DNA from: Octopus vulgaris | Taxonomy: Eukaryota | Direction: 5' to 3' | DNA: 64,000 bases | Assembly: GCA_951406725.2 (NCBI GenBank) | Contig: OX597836.1 | Location: forward strand, 50,344,001 to 50,408,000 | Part shown: piece after piece, positions 52,080 to 64,000 of the stretch | Layout: each line of letters opens with the position of its first letter | How positions within the stretch are numbered: the first letter of the stretch is position 1 | The notes under the pieces: model-generated | Told to the model about the DNA's origin: nothing | The model's input: the letters and a program-made list of their open reading frames with translations, nothing else | Databases searched by the model: none | Position numbers and translations under genes: made by a program

Positions 52080-53185
52080 GTCTTTGATCTTTAGGGGTTG
52101 TCTTAATGGCGTTGACAGGCCCTCTTGTGGCTGAAAAGGTAGATTCTATAGACACATGTCCGATTACACTGAAAGCAGTGAAGAGGACTCTGACGAAGAT
52201 GAGCTTGTCTAGGATTTTGCAGATGTTCCTTGAGCTGTCTCCACTTTTCTTCGAAGTCTAGTCTGCTCACCCTCAAAATGCTGCGTACCAGTTTGGACCC
52301 TAACTCCTCCGGGTAGTACGGTCAGTGGCCAGTGTTTCAAGTTCAACAGGGGGGATGTCGCAGAGCGTCAGGGATTTCTTGAGATGATCTTTATATTACT
52401 TCTTTGGACCTCCGTGTGGTCCCCAACCCTCTGCTAACTCCCCAAAAAGGACAATCTTGGGTATACGGTTTTCCAGCATCCTGATAACATGCCCCACCAA
52501 GCACATTTGACGTTTGAGGATCATACATTCGATGCTGGTCAATTTCGCTCATCCCAGGATCTCTGTATGTGGGATCTTGTCTTTCCAGGTCAGATGAAGA
52601 ATGCACTGGAGACAGCGAATATGAAAGGATTCGAGGAGTTTGACATGTCCAGGTTTCTGAGGCAAACAGAAGCATGGAAAGCACAACCGCACGATAAACC
52701 TCGATTTGGGTGGAGAGATTCAGAACACGATTAAGCAAGACCCCATCCTTGAGACGTCCAAAAGCGGAGGAGGCAAGGTGGATGCGATTCTGAATTTCAT
52801 GGCCAATGACCCCATTGCTTGAGATAATGCTACCCAAATAGGTGAATTTCTCAGTGTTCCTTAGCTGGTTGTCTTGAATCGAACCATTTTTGAGGTCGTA
52901 GCGAGATAGTAAGGTCACAGCCACAAGGAACACATTGAAGAGGACAGGGCCCAAGATGCAGCCTTGTTTAACACTGACTTCAACGTTGAAGTAGTCAGAC
53001 TGGCCACCACCCAATGCAACACGTGCTTGCATGCCATCATGGAACTGGCAGAGCATGGCAAGAAGCTTAGGAGGGCATCCAGACCTCTGCAGGACATTCC
53101 GGCTAATATTATGAAAAACCTTTGGTCAATAAAGGCAAACAAGGCATCACGCTGTTGTTCTTTGCACTTTTCTAACAGGAGGCAG
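52080..53185 (-). mobile_element. RTE (BovB-like) LINE RT fragment in an ELOF1 intron
   Basis: LLEKCKEQQRDALFAFID; FHDGMQARV...VKQGCILGPVLFNVF; FTYLGSIIS...EIQNRIHLASSAFGRL; YRAVVLSMLLFASETWT. Confidence 0.88.
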
Positions 53186-53253
53186 GAGACAAAGACTAAC
53201 CATAAACACTCTCCACACACACACATACACAAAGGCACTAGTGAGAAACTTAC

Positions 53254-53324
53254 AATTTATGCTTGTTTGAAAATCTTCCAGACATACACTGCAGCTAATA
53301 ATTCCAGTGTTGCGGTTCCGATCC
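53254..53324 (-). CDS. ELOF1: ELOF1 coding exon 2
   Basis: tttcag|(M)DRNRNTGIISCSVCLEDFQTSIN|gtaagt; second CxxC of the zinc ribbon. Confidence 0.96.
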
Positions 53325-53443
53325 CTGAAAAATACAAAGCAATTTACAGAAATATCAAACAAGATTATATACCTGTAAAAATTATCATCATCATATAACT
53401 TATATTATATCATATTTTATATATATAGATATATAAAACTTAC

Positions 53444-53484
<41 letters not shown>

Positions 53485-54617
53485 TATCTTTTAGTTGTTT
53501 CAGTTATTAGACTGAAACAACTGAACCTGAAGATGGCAGCACCATCTTGAAGGGTTTTAGTCAAAAGAATTGAGCTCAGTGCTTATTTTGCTTTAAAGCC
53601 TGGTGCTTATTCTGTCAGTATCTTTTTTGCCAAACCCCTAAATTACAGAGAGATAAACAAACCAACACTGGTTGCTAAGAAGTGGTGGTGGGGAATAAAC
53701 ACACACAAACTGATTTATACACGTGCACTAAAACTCTAACCCCTCTGCCTTTTACATGATGATGACCCGTGTTCACAACACAGTGGAACCTCACTTTACA
53801 AATAAATTGGTTTGCAAACAATTATTTGACATAAAATATCTCGAGAGGACAAACAGTATCTCAAGTGACAAACACACAAGCTAGCACCAACAGTTGGTGG
53901 CAAGCTGGCAGCATCAGTTGCTGTCTAACTTTCTCTCAGAGCACAACCCTGCTTGAAATTCTGCTTTCTCTTGAGTTTCTTACGAGAAAAACAGATTCTG
54001 GTGATAGTATTCAGGAACAAATTAAATTTGTCAATCAAGGTTCCACCGTACATGCGTTTCACTAATGTAAGGCAACTTTGAAACGGTGGTGTTCCAACCT
54101 TTTGTGTTTCATCAGTCAAAGCTGCCTCACTGAACTGATAATGAAACAAGAGTTCAGCCTCTTCTTTATACAAATCAGTAAATAAATTATTTGCTGATGT
54201 CTATGTGACATAATTCATAAGAAATGGATACATTGTTTGGATTCATGCTGGGACTGAACCTGAAACGACAAGTTGGAAAGCAAACTTTTTAGCAACACAG
54301 CTGTGCCAAGTGGATTAAATTTCAACCAGAGTTAAAAAGACAGTTTGATACAAACAGCTGGAAGGCAGGTTGCCAGTCCATATCTTACCCTCAATGGCTG
54401 ACCTACAAACATCTTGACAGCAGCTTTGGATTTCCATCAAAACTTCAATCATAAACAATGTCACATGACCATCTCATTAGCATACATTGGCACTTCCTTT
54501 GTGCACCTGACCAATGCCATTACACTGTTAACAGACAAACCAAACTGCCAGGTTTCAAAGGAAAACAATGGGTAAAGAAGAAGGAAAAAAAAGTCTGTAG
54601 AGAATAAAACAACTTAC

Positions 54618-54733
54618 ATTTTTACTTCACAGGACTTTTCGTGATTACAAAATGGACAATTAAAAATAAGGTCCAGTGGTTCTATTGCCTTCCTTTTGGG
54701 TGGTGGTTTACGTGCCTTCTTTCTCCGACCCAT
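54618..54733 (-). CDS. ELOF1: ELOF1 (transcription elongation factor 1 homologue) coding exon 1
   Basis: [38 protein letters not shown](M)|gtaagt; spliced product 83 aa, very close to human ELOF1. Confidence 0.97.
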
Positions 54734-57248
54734 CCTGGAATGTGACTAAACTGCTGCAATGGAAGATGTCATAGAAAGTTTCAATATCAGAAGAGCAAGT
54801 CTTGTGATGAGAGATGAGAATGAGATATTTTCCTTCACAGTTTCAACATATACAAGGCACAGCCACACAAAAAAGGACAAAAGTTAAACACTGTTATTTA
54901 GTTGCAGGGTTGGTTCTGATAACCACAACCCCAGCCCTTTTTTGTTTTTCTTTACAAAATCAAAACCCATGGAAAATGGACGTAAAACGATGATGATGAT
55001 GATAAGACAGTGATGAAGTGGATTGTGTCCTTTCACAGTTGAAGACTGAATCAAGACACATGAGTGGAGCTAATTTAAGTAAATATATTTGTAGACTGGC
55101 AGTAAACCAGATAACTGTAGACTGTGGTTGAGCTATGAGTCCAGGGGGTGGGATTAATGTGAAAGGGGGTACAAGTGTTGAAGTTTCAGTTAGGTATGTA
55201 AATGTGAGGGTGAGATAAGTCTACAAATATTAACTGCTGACAAACATGTAAGTCATGCAATTATAGCCTGTACTATCCCCTATTTAGTCCCTTTGTGGAG
55301 AATAAAGAATCAGCAACAGTAGCCTCATTATGCTTGGCATGGGTCATATTGGGGTACAACAGTGAAGTAAAGATTATTTGCCAACATAACATGGCAGTCC
55401 TGGTTTAGGATGAATGTTACTGTAATTTAGCCCCAGGAGACATCGTCTCTAGCTGCCTATACAACATGATCTGTGTCCTTATATTTTCGAACAAGGGAAT
55501 TCACAAATAGTCATTTTCTAATTATTCTTTTGCTTTGTTTTACCTGATGCACCCTGTCTTATAAATGCAAATACCCATGGAAGCCTAATACAACAAGCAC
55601 CTGCTCTGCATTTCTCTCATCACCTGGTAAGCCCAAACCAAGCAGATTTAGAACAAAGATGATCCATCCACTCGTGACATTCTCTCCTCATGCATACTGT
55701 ATATGGGACATTATCCTGTGTGACAATGTTGTTTGTTAAGGCGGTAGGATGTTGAGGGATATTTCGCTTCTCTTTCTTGAGTATCAGGCAATCATGTCGA
55801 GGTTCCCTCATTAGCAACAAACTGTGTTTATAAACGCGATGCATTAATGTAGCAGTTGATGAATTTGTCTTCGTTTAAAGGCTATTAATAATAATAAAGC
55901 AAGTGAAATATAATTACTAGCAATCGAAACTCGGTCAGCTATTTCATTAAATTTATGCCGAATGAAAATTAACCATTAACAGGCGAAAACAAATAAATGT
56001 TGTTAGGTTATTATCCCTTAAAGCATCGTTTACTTAATAACTTCGAAGAGTTTAATAAAATTCTGACGGAGACAAATTATAACGATACATATACTAGTGT
56101 TTCGAACATAACTTCGTAAACATTTCTGATCTAGAATCAAGATTGAAGGCTACAATTTCAAAATGAACAAAATGAATACGAGTTTATATAAATAATCAAG
56201 GTGATTGTTCGCAATTTAGACCCGATAGGCAAGCAGGGTGTTAGAATGCATATATAATTATATAAATATAATTATTACAAGAGCAGAGGCGATCTCGGTC
56301 GAGTTTGGTATAAGAAGGGATACAACGAAATGCAGCCGCGACTACGGTTGGATTCTGACTCCAAATCTTTTTAAAATAATATTCTGTCTGGAAAAGATTT
56401 TAGTTACACCCTACAAATATAAATAGATATCTAACAGATATTTTCAATATATATAAAGTGAGTGTATATGTAAATACATTTCTTGTACACAGACGTGAAC
56501 ACACACACACACGTGTGTGTGTAATAACATTTTAGTTGCAAAAATATTGGGGGCTAGTTCAGTTTTGCACCACACAAACCCAAAAGCAAAACTGTATTAA
56601 CACCAGAAATTGGAAGGTGCTTAAAAAAGAAAATCCTGGATAGGATTAAATCTTCGAGCTCCGTCACAAATTCTTCAAACGTTTAACATCACCATTATCG
56701 GTTTCTAATACAGAAAATTGAAATCAGAAATGCCAAGATGAGGACGGCATAAATGATTATAATGACGCCGCAAAATATTAGGCGAATATTTTTTATTAAT
56801 TCATTAATAATCCCGAGGAAGTTAGAAAGACAAAGTTGGCCTCGTTAACACAGGTAAATAGCAGATTCGGTAGAGCACCAGACGAACAAAATAAACACAC
56901 GCACTGTAGTAGGTACTTAGGGTTTCTTTGCTACTTTCATAATTCCGAATTCATAAAAAAGCCGGGGAGAGACGAGGAACTGATGGGTCCTTGTATCGCA
57001 GAGTGGTCCCGGTTAGAACCGAACTCATCAACCTTAGTTCCCCCCGCCCGCCAATATGTGGCCTTATTTACATTAGGAATTATCATCGTTTTCATAATTA
57101 ATGTATTTTCCTAATGAATCTGGGGTCGTGTCAAACAGTGGCCCCTGGGACGAATAAAGGTCTATCATTATCGTTTCTATTCATCTCAGAGGAGACTTCT
57201 TTGCTCCTCTCTGCACAAAACGAAAACAAACATTGAGAAATGCTTTAC

Positions 57249-57445
57249 CTTATTAATAACTTTAGTTTTCTTTTCTTTCACTGATAGTGTGAAGATGTGA
57301 ACGGGAATAGACACCCGGACTGCATGGGAAAATAAACGGCCGACGCGCGATTCGACAAAAGAAGGTTTTCAAGTAATTTTTTGTCTGTTGAAGAAATTTG
57401 AATGGATTTTAATACTGACAGGAAGTAGATGTACACCACTTCCGG
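57249..57445 (-). promoter_or_regulatory. ELOF1 candidate non-coding first exon and promoter with ETS/GABP motifs
   Basis: Donor AAG|GTAAAG at 57249/57248 on -; CCGGAAGT at 57438-57445 (-) and CAGGAAGT at 57419-57426 (+); CpG-rich. Confidence 0.6.
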
Positions 57446-57699
57446 TTTTTTTTTTTTTCATTTTTAAACGACATGGCCGACATTGTGGTCTGGCAGCCAA
57501 AGTTGAGGGCCTTTATACAGACACACACAGATATATATGTGTGTGTCTGTGTATATATATATATATATGAAAGAAAAAAAGGTGTTCAGAATGCTGGATG
57601 GTTGTAAAAATATATATTTATTTACATATCATATATTATTTCTTCATATTAGCGCTTTCAATTACTCCTGTAGTTTCTGAGTGATTGAAAGCTAATTCT

Positions 57700-58108
57700 T
57701 CTTTCTTTTCTTTCTTTCACTTGTTTCAGTCATTTTGACTGCGGCCATGCTGGAGCACCGCCTTTAGTCGAGCAACTCGACCCCGGGACTTATTCTTTGT
57801 AAGCCCAGTACTTAATCTATCGGTCTCTTTTGCCGAACCGCTAAGTTACGGGGACGTAAACACACCAGCATAGGTTGTCAAGCAATGCTAGGGGGACAAA
57901 CACAGACACACACACGCACATACATATATATATATACATATATACGACAGGCTTCTTTCAGTTTCCGTCTACCAAATCCACTCACAAGGCATTGGTCGGC
58001 CAGGGGCTATAGTAGAAGACACTTGCCCAAGATGCCACGCAGTGGGACTGAACCCGGGACCATGTGGTTGGTTAGCAAGCTACTTACCACACAGCCACTC
58101 CTACGCCT
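57700..58108 (-). mobile_element. full-length, CpG-intact tRNA-derived SINE
   Basis: aggcgtaggagtggctgtgtggtaagtagc...ggttcagtcccactgcgtggc (A/B boxes) ... gactgaaacaag plus A-rich tail. Confidence 0.85.
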
Positions 58109-58132
58109 ATAAAAAGCAGACCAGCCACCGGA

Positions 58133-58205
58133 TGCCGAAACCCGGGATTGAACCAGGGACCTTTAGATCTTCAGTCTAACGCTCTCCCAACTGAGCTATT
58201 TCGGC
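58133..58205 (-). tRNA. tRNA-Phe (GAA)
   Basis: GCCGAAATAGCTCAGTTGGGAGAGCGTTAGACTGAAGATCTAAAGGTCCCTGGTTCAATCCCGGGTTTCGGCA, 73 nt, full cloverleaf; T5 terminator at 58111-58115. Confidence 0.98.
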
Positions 58206-59079
58206 TGGTTAGGCTAATATGAAGAAATAATATATATGTAAATAAATATATATTTTTACAACCATCCAGCATTCTGAACACCTTTTTTTCTTTCATGTGT
58301 ATTAAATCTGTACATCACCCCCAATACTTCTAACATATATATATATATAATACAAAGTAAGGTAGAGGTTATGGGCGTAACCCGCTGTGGGATAGCATTT
58401 ATCCAATATACTGTTGGTACAGTACCCAAATTTTTAAGACATAAATGTTTTTAATTGCAATGCAATTAACCCATTTATTGTATTAAACGGGTGAAGGTAA
58501 AGAAATATTTTTACCGTAAATTTATAATACAAATATGAAAATGGAGAAACAAATTTATTTTGGTCAAAATTTGTTTCTCCATTTTCTTATTTGTATCATA
58601 TGTATATGTACATTTAGTACATAAGTTTGCATATATGTACATTTAGTACATAAGTTTGCACTTATGGATATACAAGATGTCGGGTCTTAGTCTTTAATCG
58701 GTCACCTGCTCTAAACACCCCTGCCGAGTCCTAGCTTACCTTGATCGGAGTTCACTCTGCTACATACCTTCGAGTCGGAACTCGGGTGTAGAAATGCGTT
58801 CTTTTCTCCTTCCGATCTGTTTCAGAGATTCTATAGATGGACTCTGCCCTTCAGACCTGATTAACCGAAAAAAAATATAATAATAAGTAAATTATTACTC
58901 TTATACCCGTGTTGTGAGGCGGATCTAATAGCGTAAATTTACTGAAAACGGGTACAGCATTGGAAGAGAAAGTTTTAAAAAATTAACTTCTTGGACAAAA
59001 AATTATTTCACAAAAGAAAATAATAATCCATTCCTTTGCAATTTTTCTTTTCTACAAGTCCGCTGATTGGAATTTGGAG

Positions 59080-59082
<3 letters not shown>

Positions 59083-59152
<70 letters not shown>
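59083..59152. repeat. (TC)n microsatellite
   Basis: Directly visible. Confidence 0.95.
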
Positions 59153-59155
<3 letters not shown>

Positions 59156-60934
59156 AATTAATGGCAAGCTAGGGTAATTGATATAAATGATGAATGTATG
59201 CTACTTATTAGACTTTGTCCTTGTTGTTAAAACTCGGCCACGCTGTGTTATTTGCCTTTAACCATTTTTTGTCGTGCATAACTAAAAATAATAGTGTATG
59301 TCTGTACGCTATTGTTTTTAGTTATGTAAAACGTAAAAGAGTCGTTTAATAAAGCGTTCGGTACGTTGAATAGAGTGAACGGTTTGAAAAGTTAACTGTG
59401 ACTTCGAAGTTTATCTTACGGTGGTGTGATAAGTCATCAACTTGGAACAAATGTGTGTGTGTAAAACAACCCGTTACAGTGTAAGGTCGTCGACAACTGA
59501 ATTGATATGTCCACCAGACTAGCCTAGTGACGAAGGTTGCTGGGAATCCAGCAATACAAAAGCAAAAGCTGCCGAAAGAACCAATGAATCCGACCAACAG
59601 GCATCCTAACATAAGGGAATGGAACCACAGACAATCGAGTGGATGACTGAGGATGTAGTAAAACCATTGGGAGTGATACACTACCCCACGAGTTCTAGTC
59701 AGAAAATCTCTCAAATAAAACTTCACTACGTTGGTTGGGTGACACTGACAGAAGGAAACCAATATGAAAGCTGTAGTTGATAATTCCACTAATTTTCTTG
59801 ACTATTTTCTTGTCAGGTGATCACAAGGTAGTTGATACTTAGAGACACGAACGCCTGTTGCCTGGGAGTCTTTCGCCTTAATCTCTATGACGGACACAGG
59901 AGCGTAAGCAGGGAAGAGGTCGACGGGAGCAGCGCAGCCTCGGCAACGCTTTGGCTCTTTTCTTGCATCGCAGAATTTTGTACTTCTCATAACCAGAACT
60001 TTCTAACATTATACAACTTTACACCAATATTGTTAAAACCAATCATAAAAATCAATATGGCTCATTTTGTGTTCAGATTTGAGAAACTGGAAGCATACAT
60101 TGACAAACCTGCTTAGGGAGCGGCTTTGGAGCAGCTACATGGAATGGATTGCAGCTGGAGTTTCTTTTGGAAAAGGGCTGTGTTGGGTTTGCGATAAGGG
60201 AGAATGTAACTCCAACCGGGGGCAATTGGCTTTCCGCATAGCATAGCATCGACCGAATGGAAAGGGACAATGTAACCCTTACCCTTTTTTCCTCTCTGTC
60301 AGCAGAACGTACAGTTTGCACGTTTTTACATCCTGTGAGAGACTAGCACGTCAACACTATCGTCAATTACTACTTCGTGTCGTTAACCGCTGGCAAATAA
60401 ATTGGTGAATATTATTCCTTTCCTCTTCGGTGTTGCTCTTACGTTGTTTCGTCCTGCTTTCGACTCTCTTCGTATCGCGATCCGACGCGGAACAAGAACC
60501 GCTGTTTCTACGTCAAATGACTTTTCATCTGTTCGATATGATTGGTACCCCCGACGTGAGAACCTTACATTGGTACGCTACATATGCTGACCATTTAGAT
60601 CTTAGCACTACACTTAGTAACTTCGATGTTCAGACACATCTGTCGGTTACATTTGGTGAGTCTAAAAAATTTTCGCCTTCGCTTCATCAGTCGGTTACAC
60701 ATGCATTTTGGTCCTAATCAATCATTGCTCTTCTGCACGGATCTACTTTGATCAATGATCCTGGTGACATTCTGAAGCGTAAGACAGTGTTTTACAGATC
60801 TTTTTTACAACCCAACCACAAAAGATAAATGTTTTTAGAAGACTGTCCTCAGTTCCATGCTGTTGATCAAATTCGCAATAAAGAGAAAATTGTAATGTTT
60901 CTCTTTCCCACTTCTTATCAGTATATATATATAT

Positions 60935-61073
<139 letters not shown>

Positions 61074-61919
61074 TCTGCATGCACGTACACGTGTGTTTCT
61101 CTGCTCCCCCACCCCCGTGTCAAAACCTACTGTCACTAAGACAAACTCAGTGTCCACTCAGCTGGGCCCAATCGTCAGCGTCCAAACAGCAACGCCCACT
61201 CGTTTCATTCTGTGGTATTTTTACACTTGCCACAGGCGGTGGGTTTACTTGAACCGTTAGAACACCAGACAAAATAACTCCGACATTTAAATACAGTGGT
61301 TTACATTCTCAGTTTAAATCTTACCAGGTTCATAAAATATATTACCAGCACCGCATCGATTTTATTATTTCCTGTGCTCGATTCTCTAAGATGGATCCTG
61401 TATATCGTGTTATCTTCTCTGGCTGGGGTGATGCCTCAGGTTGGTCGGCCATGTTCACGGCGGATGAGGATTGTCTTGCAGAGATGGGGACTGGGTGGGA
61501 AACTCCTCGGAAGATTGGCCCCAAGCAGATACCGTCAAATGGTGAATGCAGCACCGCGCGGCAACGGTGTATGACCCCCAATATTTTCCCTGACCTAAGA
61601 CCTGTATAGCCACATAACAGAAAATGAAAGCAATGAAATTAAGTCAAATCTGAATAATTTCATCCTTTCAGGGTTGATGAAATAAGAACTGGTGAAATGG
61701 TGCTGGGAAAAAAGACCGCTTCATGGAAGACACCCATTCTATCAGAAGAAAATGCATCAGAGGCTGCGTAGTTCAAGGTCCAAATACCGAATGAAAAATA
61801 ATCAAAACGAATGGAAATTATACTCTCAGCTGGAAGAAACAATAAACTATTTCGTTGTCTAGTTCTTACACAAATGTATAAGCAGGACAGATGCAAATCA
61901 AACTCGGCGAGAGCGTAAC

Positions 61920-62780
61920 AGCAGGTGATCCTCATAGGATAAACCTTCTTGAGGCAAGGGGGTCGGCCCTTAATTCCTGACACTCTAGTGGGGTCGGGAC
62001 ACACTCGAGTCTGTTTTAGTAAGCTTTCGGTGGGATTGGTTTCTCTGGTTTCTCGCACTGCTCTGACGTGTGCCGCAGCCCCGAGAAGGGCTAAGTACAC
62101 TGGATACACTGGCGAGCACTCGGACAACCCAGGTGTGAGGGTTCTTTTTTTCTTACGGTCCCAGCGGGATTCGAACCCGGATCGCCAGCTCCTACACTAC
62201 TACACCAATCTGGCACTCGCTTGAATTGGGGCAAATTAAGCCTTATGAAGTTGACCTTTGTTCCTCTTCGACCAGATCCAACTTGAGGCTTTCTCCGCCG
62301 CTTCTCCCATGACCCTCAAGGTTCTGCTTCTTTCAGAGATGGACAGCTGTTTCGTGAGGGTGTAGGCAGATGAGCCTACAAATCCCCTGACACCAACCTC
62401 GACTGCGGAGACTTTGGTTTTGAATCCAGCGTCCCCCAGGTCTCTGACCAAGTCGGCGTACTTTTCTGTCTTGTTGACATGGGCATCTTCACTCCTGGTT
62501 TCGTAAGGCACAGTGAGTTCGATCAGGAGGGTCTCCTTGGCATTCTGGGAGTGGAGCACTATGTCGGGTCTCGAGCCGGTTTTCTTGATGACCTCTGGGT
62601 AGTCGTTCCACTCTGGGAGATCTGCAGCACACTCTCAATCATCTGCTTCACTCAGCAGGCCTTGTCTGCAGGATAGTTGGCCAAGTTTTCTTGCCTCCTG
62701 CCGCATGAAACCTTGTCTCGGGTTCTGTGCGTCATCCTTGGTCCTATTGAATTCGACCGCTTCAGATATTTCATTCAAGG
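61920..62780 (-). mobile_element. 5'-truncated HERO-like (RLE-type) non-LTR retrotransposon: endonuclease domain plus 3' UTR (outer boundaries approximate)
   Basis: ADLPEWNDYPEVIKKTGSRPDIVLHSQNAKETLLIELTVPYETRSEDAHVNKTEKYADLV...VEVGVRGF...EAAEKASSWIWSKR (RPD..IELTVP..K..KY..EVG.RGF); stop at 62236. Confidence 0.85.
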
Positions 62781-62930
62781 GAGAGGACTTTTTATAAATA
62801 CCATTGACTAAAATTAGTTCCCTCCCTTGATACTATTTTCTATTTCTACGAAAAATAACAGATTAAATTGAAAAGGATAAATTCATAAAACGAGAGTTCC
62901 TTATCCAACTCCGAGCCTAGGGTAGGAAGT

Positions 62931-63270
62931 GAAGGCGCGTGGCTCAGTGGTTACGGTGTTGGGCTGTCGTGAGTCTGATTTCCGGCTGTGCGTTGTGTCC
63001 TTGAGCAAGACACTTTATTTCACATTGCTCCATCTCACTCAGCTGGTGAAAATAAGTTGTACCTGTCATTCACAAAGGCCGGCCCTGTCACACTGAATCT
63101 CCCTGAGAACGACGTTAAGGGTACACATGTCTGCGGAATGCAGTAAAGAAATTGGTACACATGTCTGTGGAGTGCTCAGCCACTTGCACGTTTATTATAC
63201 GAGCGGGCTGTTCTGTTGATCAGATCAACTGGAAGCCTCGTCGCCGTCGTAACCGACGCAGAACCAGTAA
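62931..63270 (+). mobile_element. tRNA-derived SINE, third family
   Basis: gaaggcgcgtggctcagtggtta head; ccttgagcaagacactttatttcacattgctcca core. Related pieces at 5950-6080 (-), 12540, 21843, 34187 and 43090. Confidence 0.7.
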
Positions 63271-63725
63271 GAATGTTTATTCCTTTCCAAATAACAATAG
63301 GTTACAAGTATGATTCAGTTTTTATTAACGAAGAAACTATAATCTCCCTCTATTCTTTCAAAGATTCGGCAGAGACGGCGAGACCGTAACTAATGAGAGT
63401 TAATACAACCGAAACATGTCCTACATGGTCGCTAACATTGCTTAAGATAAGATTTGATGTTTTGCTGCGTTCAATATTTAATTCGTTGATTAATAATTCT
63501 TAGTTTACCATATGCTAGCTCCCATTTTATACTTAAGTTGTCTTAAAGATAAATGTGCTTATTCTCAGATAAATTATTAAACTCAGAAATCCAATATATA
63601 CCAAAATAAGCTGGTCAATAAAATAACTGTTTTGTTGGTTTTGTTCTGTTGGGACGGTCATTGTACCAATAATAAACACATACTGGTTCTATTTCACTTC
63701 TTTTATTATTATTATTAGTGTCAGT

Positions 63726-63940
63726 AAGGCAATGACCTGGCAGAATCATTAGCATCCAGGATAAAATGTTTGGCGGCATTTTGTTCATGTTTACATTCTG
63801 AGTTCAAATTCCACCGAGGTTGAGTTTGCCTTTCATCCTTTCAGGGTTGATGAAATAAGAACTGGTGAAATATTGGGATCAATGTAAACAACTTACCCCC
63901 CTCCCCCAAATATTTCAGGCCTTGTGCTTATAATAGAAAG

Positions 63941-63977
<37 letters not shown>
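63726..63977 (+). mobile_element. SINE (second family) with (AGT)n tail
   Basis: aaggcaatgacctggcagaatcattagc...gagttcaaattccaccgagg...ggccttgtgc followed by (AGT)n. Confidence 0.75.
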
Positions 63978-64000
63978 TTAACCATTCGACCAAATTACTA

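Larger units (their letters stand above)
57567..58296. repeat. 84/87-bp near-perfect inverted repeat enclosing a SINE and tRNA-Phe
   Basis: 57567-57653 equals the reverse complement of 58213-58296 apart from one 3-nt indel. Confidence 0.92.

Noticed and set aside
55480-55625. Box C (GTGATGA on -) suggesting an intronic C/D snoRNA in ELOF1
   Set aside because: No box D at a suitable distance and no terminal stem.

Overview
AT-rich, microsatellite- and TE-dense metazoan genomic DNA. It is most likely octopus/cephalopod, inferred from the SINE families. It holds two spliced protein genes in convergent orientation. The first is a 13-coding-exon SSX2IP/ADIP (afadin- and alpha-actinin-binding protein) homologue on + (24415-40011, 702 aa; every junction is GT-AG and phase-consistent). 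The second is a 3-coding-exon ELOF1 (83 aa) on - (54733-49836). An intact tRNA-Phe(GAA) lies on - just upstream of the ELOF1 promoter. The rest is a mariner remnant, a Helitron remnant, R4/Dong, HERO, RTE and CR1-type LINE fragments, hAT and piggyBac-type MITEs and many tRNA-derived SINEs. The most unusual signals are a set of hammerhead ribozyme motifs of the Penelope-like-element type and recurring fold-back (inverted) duplications. One hammerhead sits directly behind a tRNA-Arg-derived Pol III head inside an SSX2IP intron. One fold-back is an 84-bp near-perfect inverted repeat that encloses the tRNA-Phe gene. Almost all ORFs in the supplied track are microsatellite or TE artefacts. All calls were made by eye; no searches were run.
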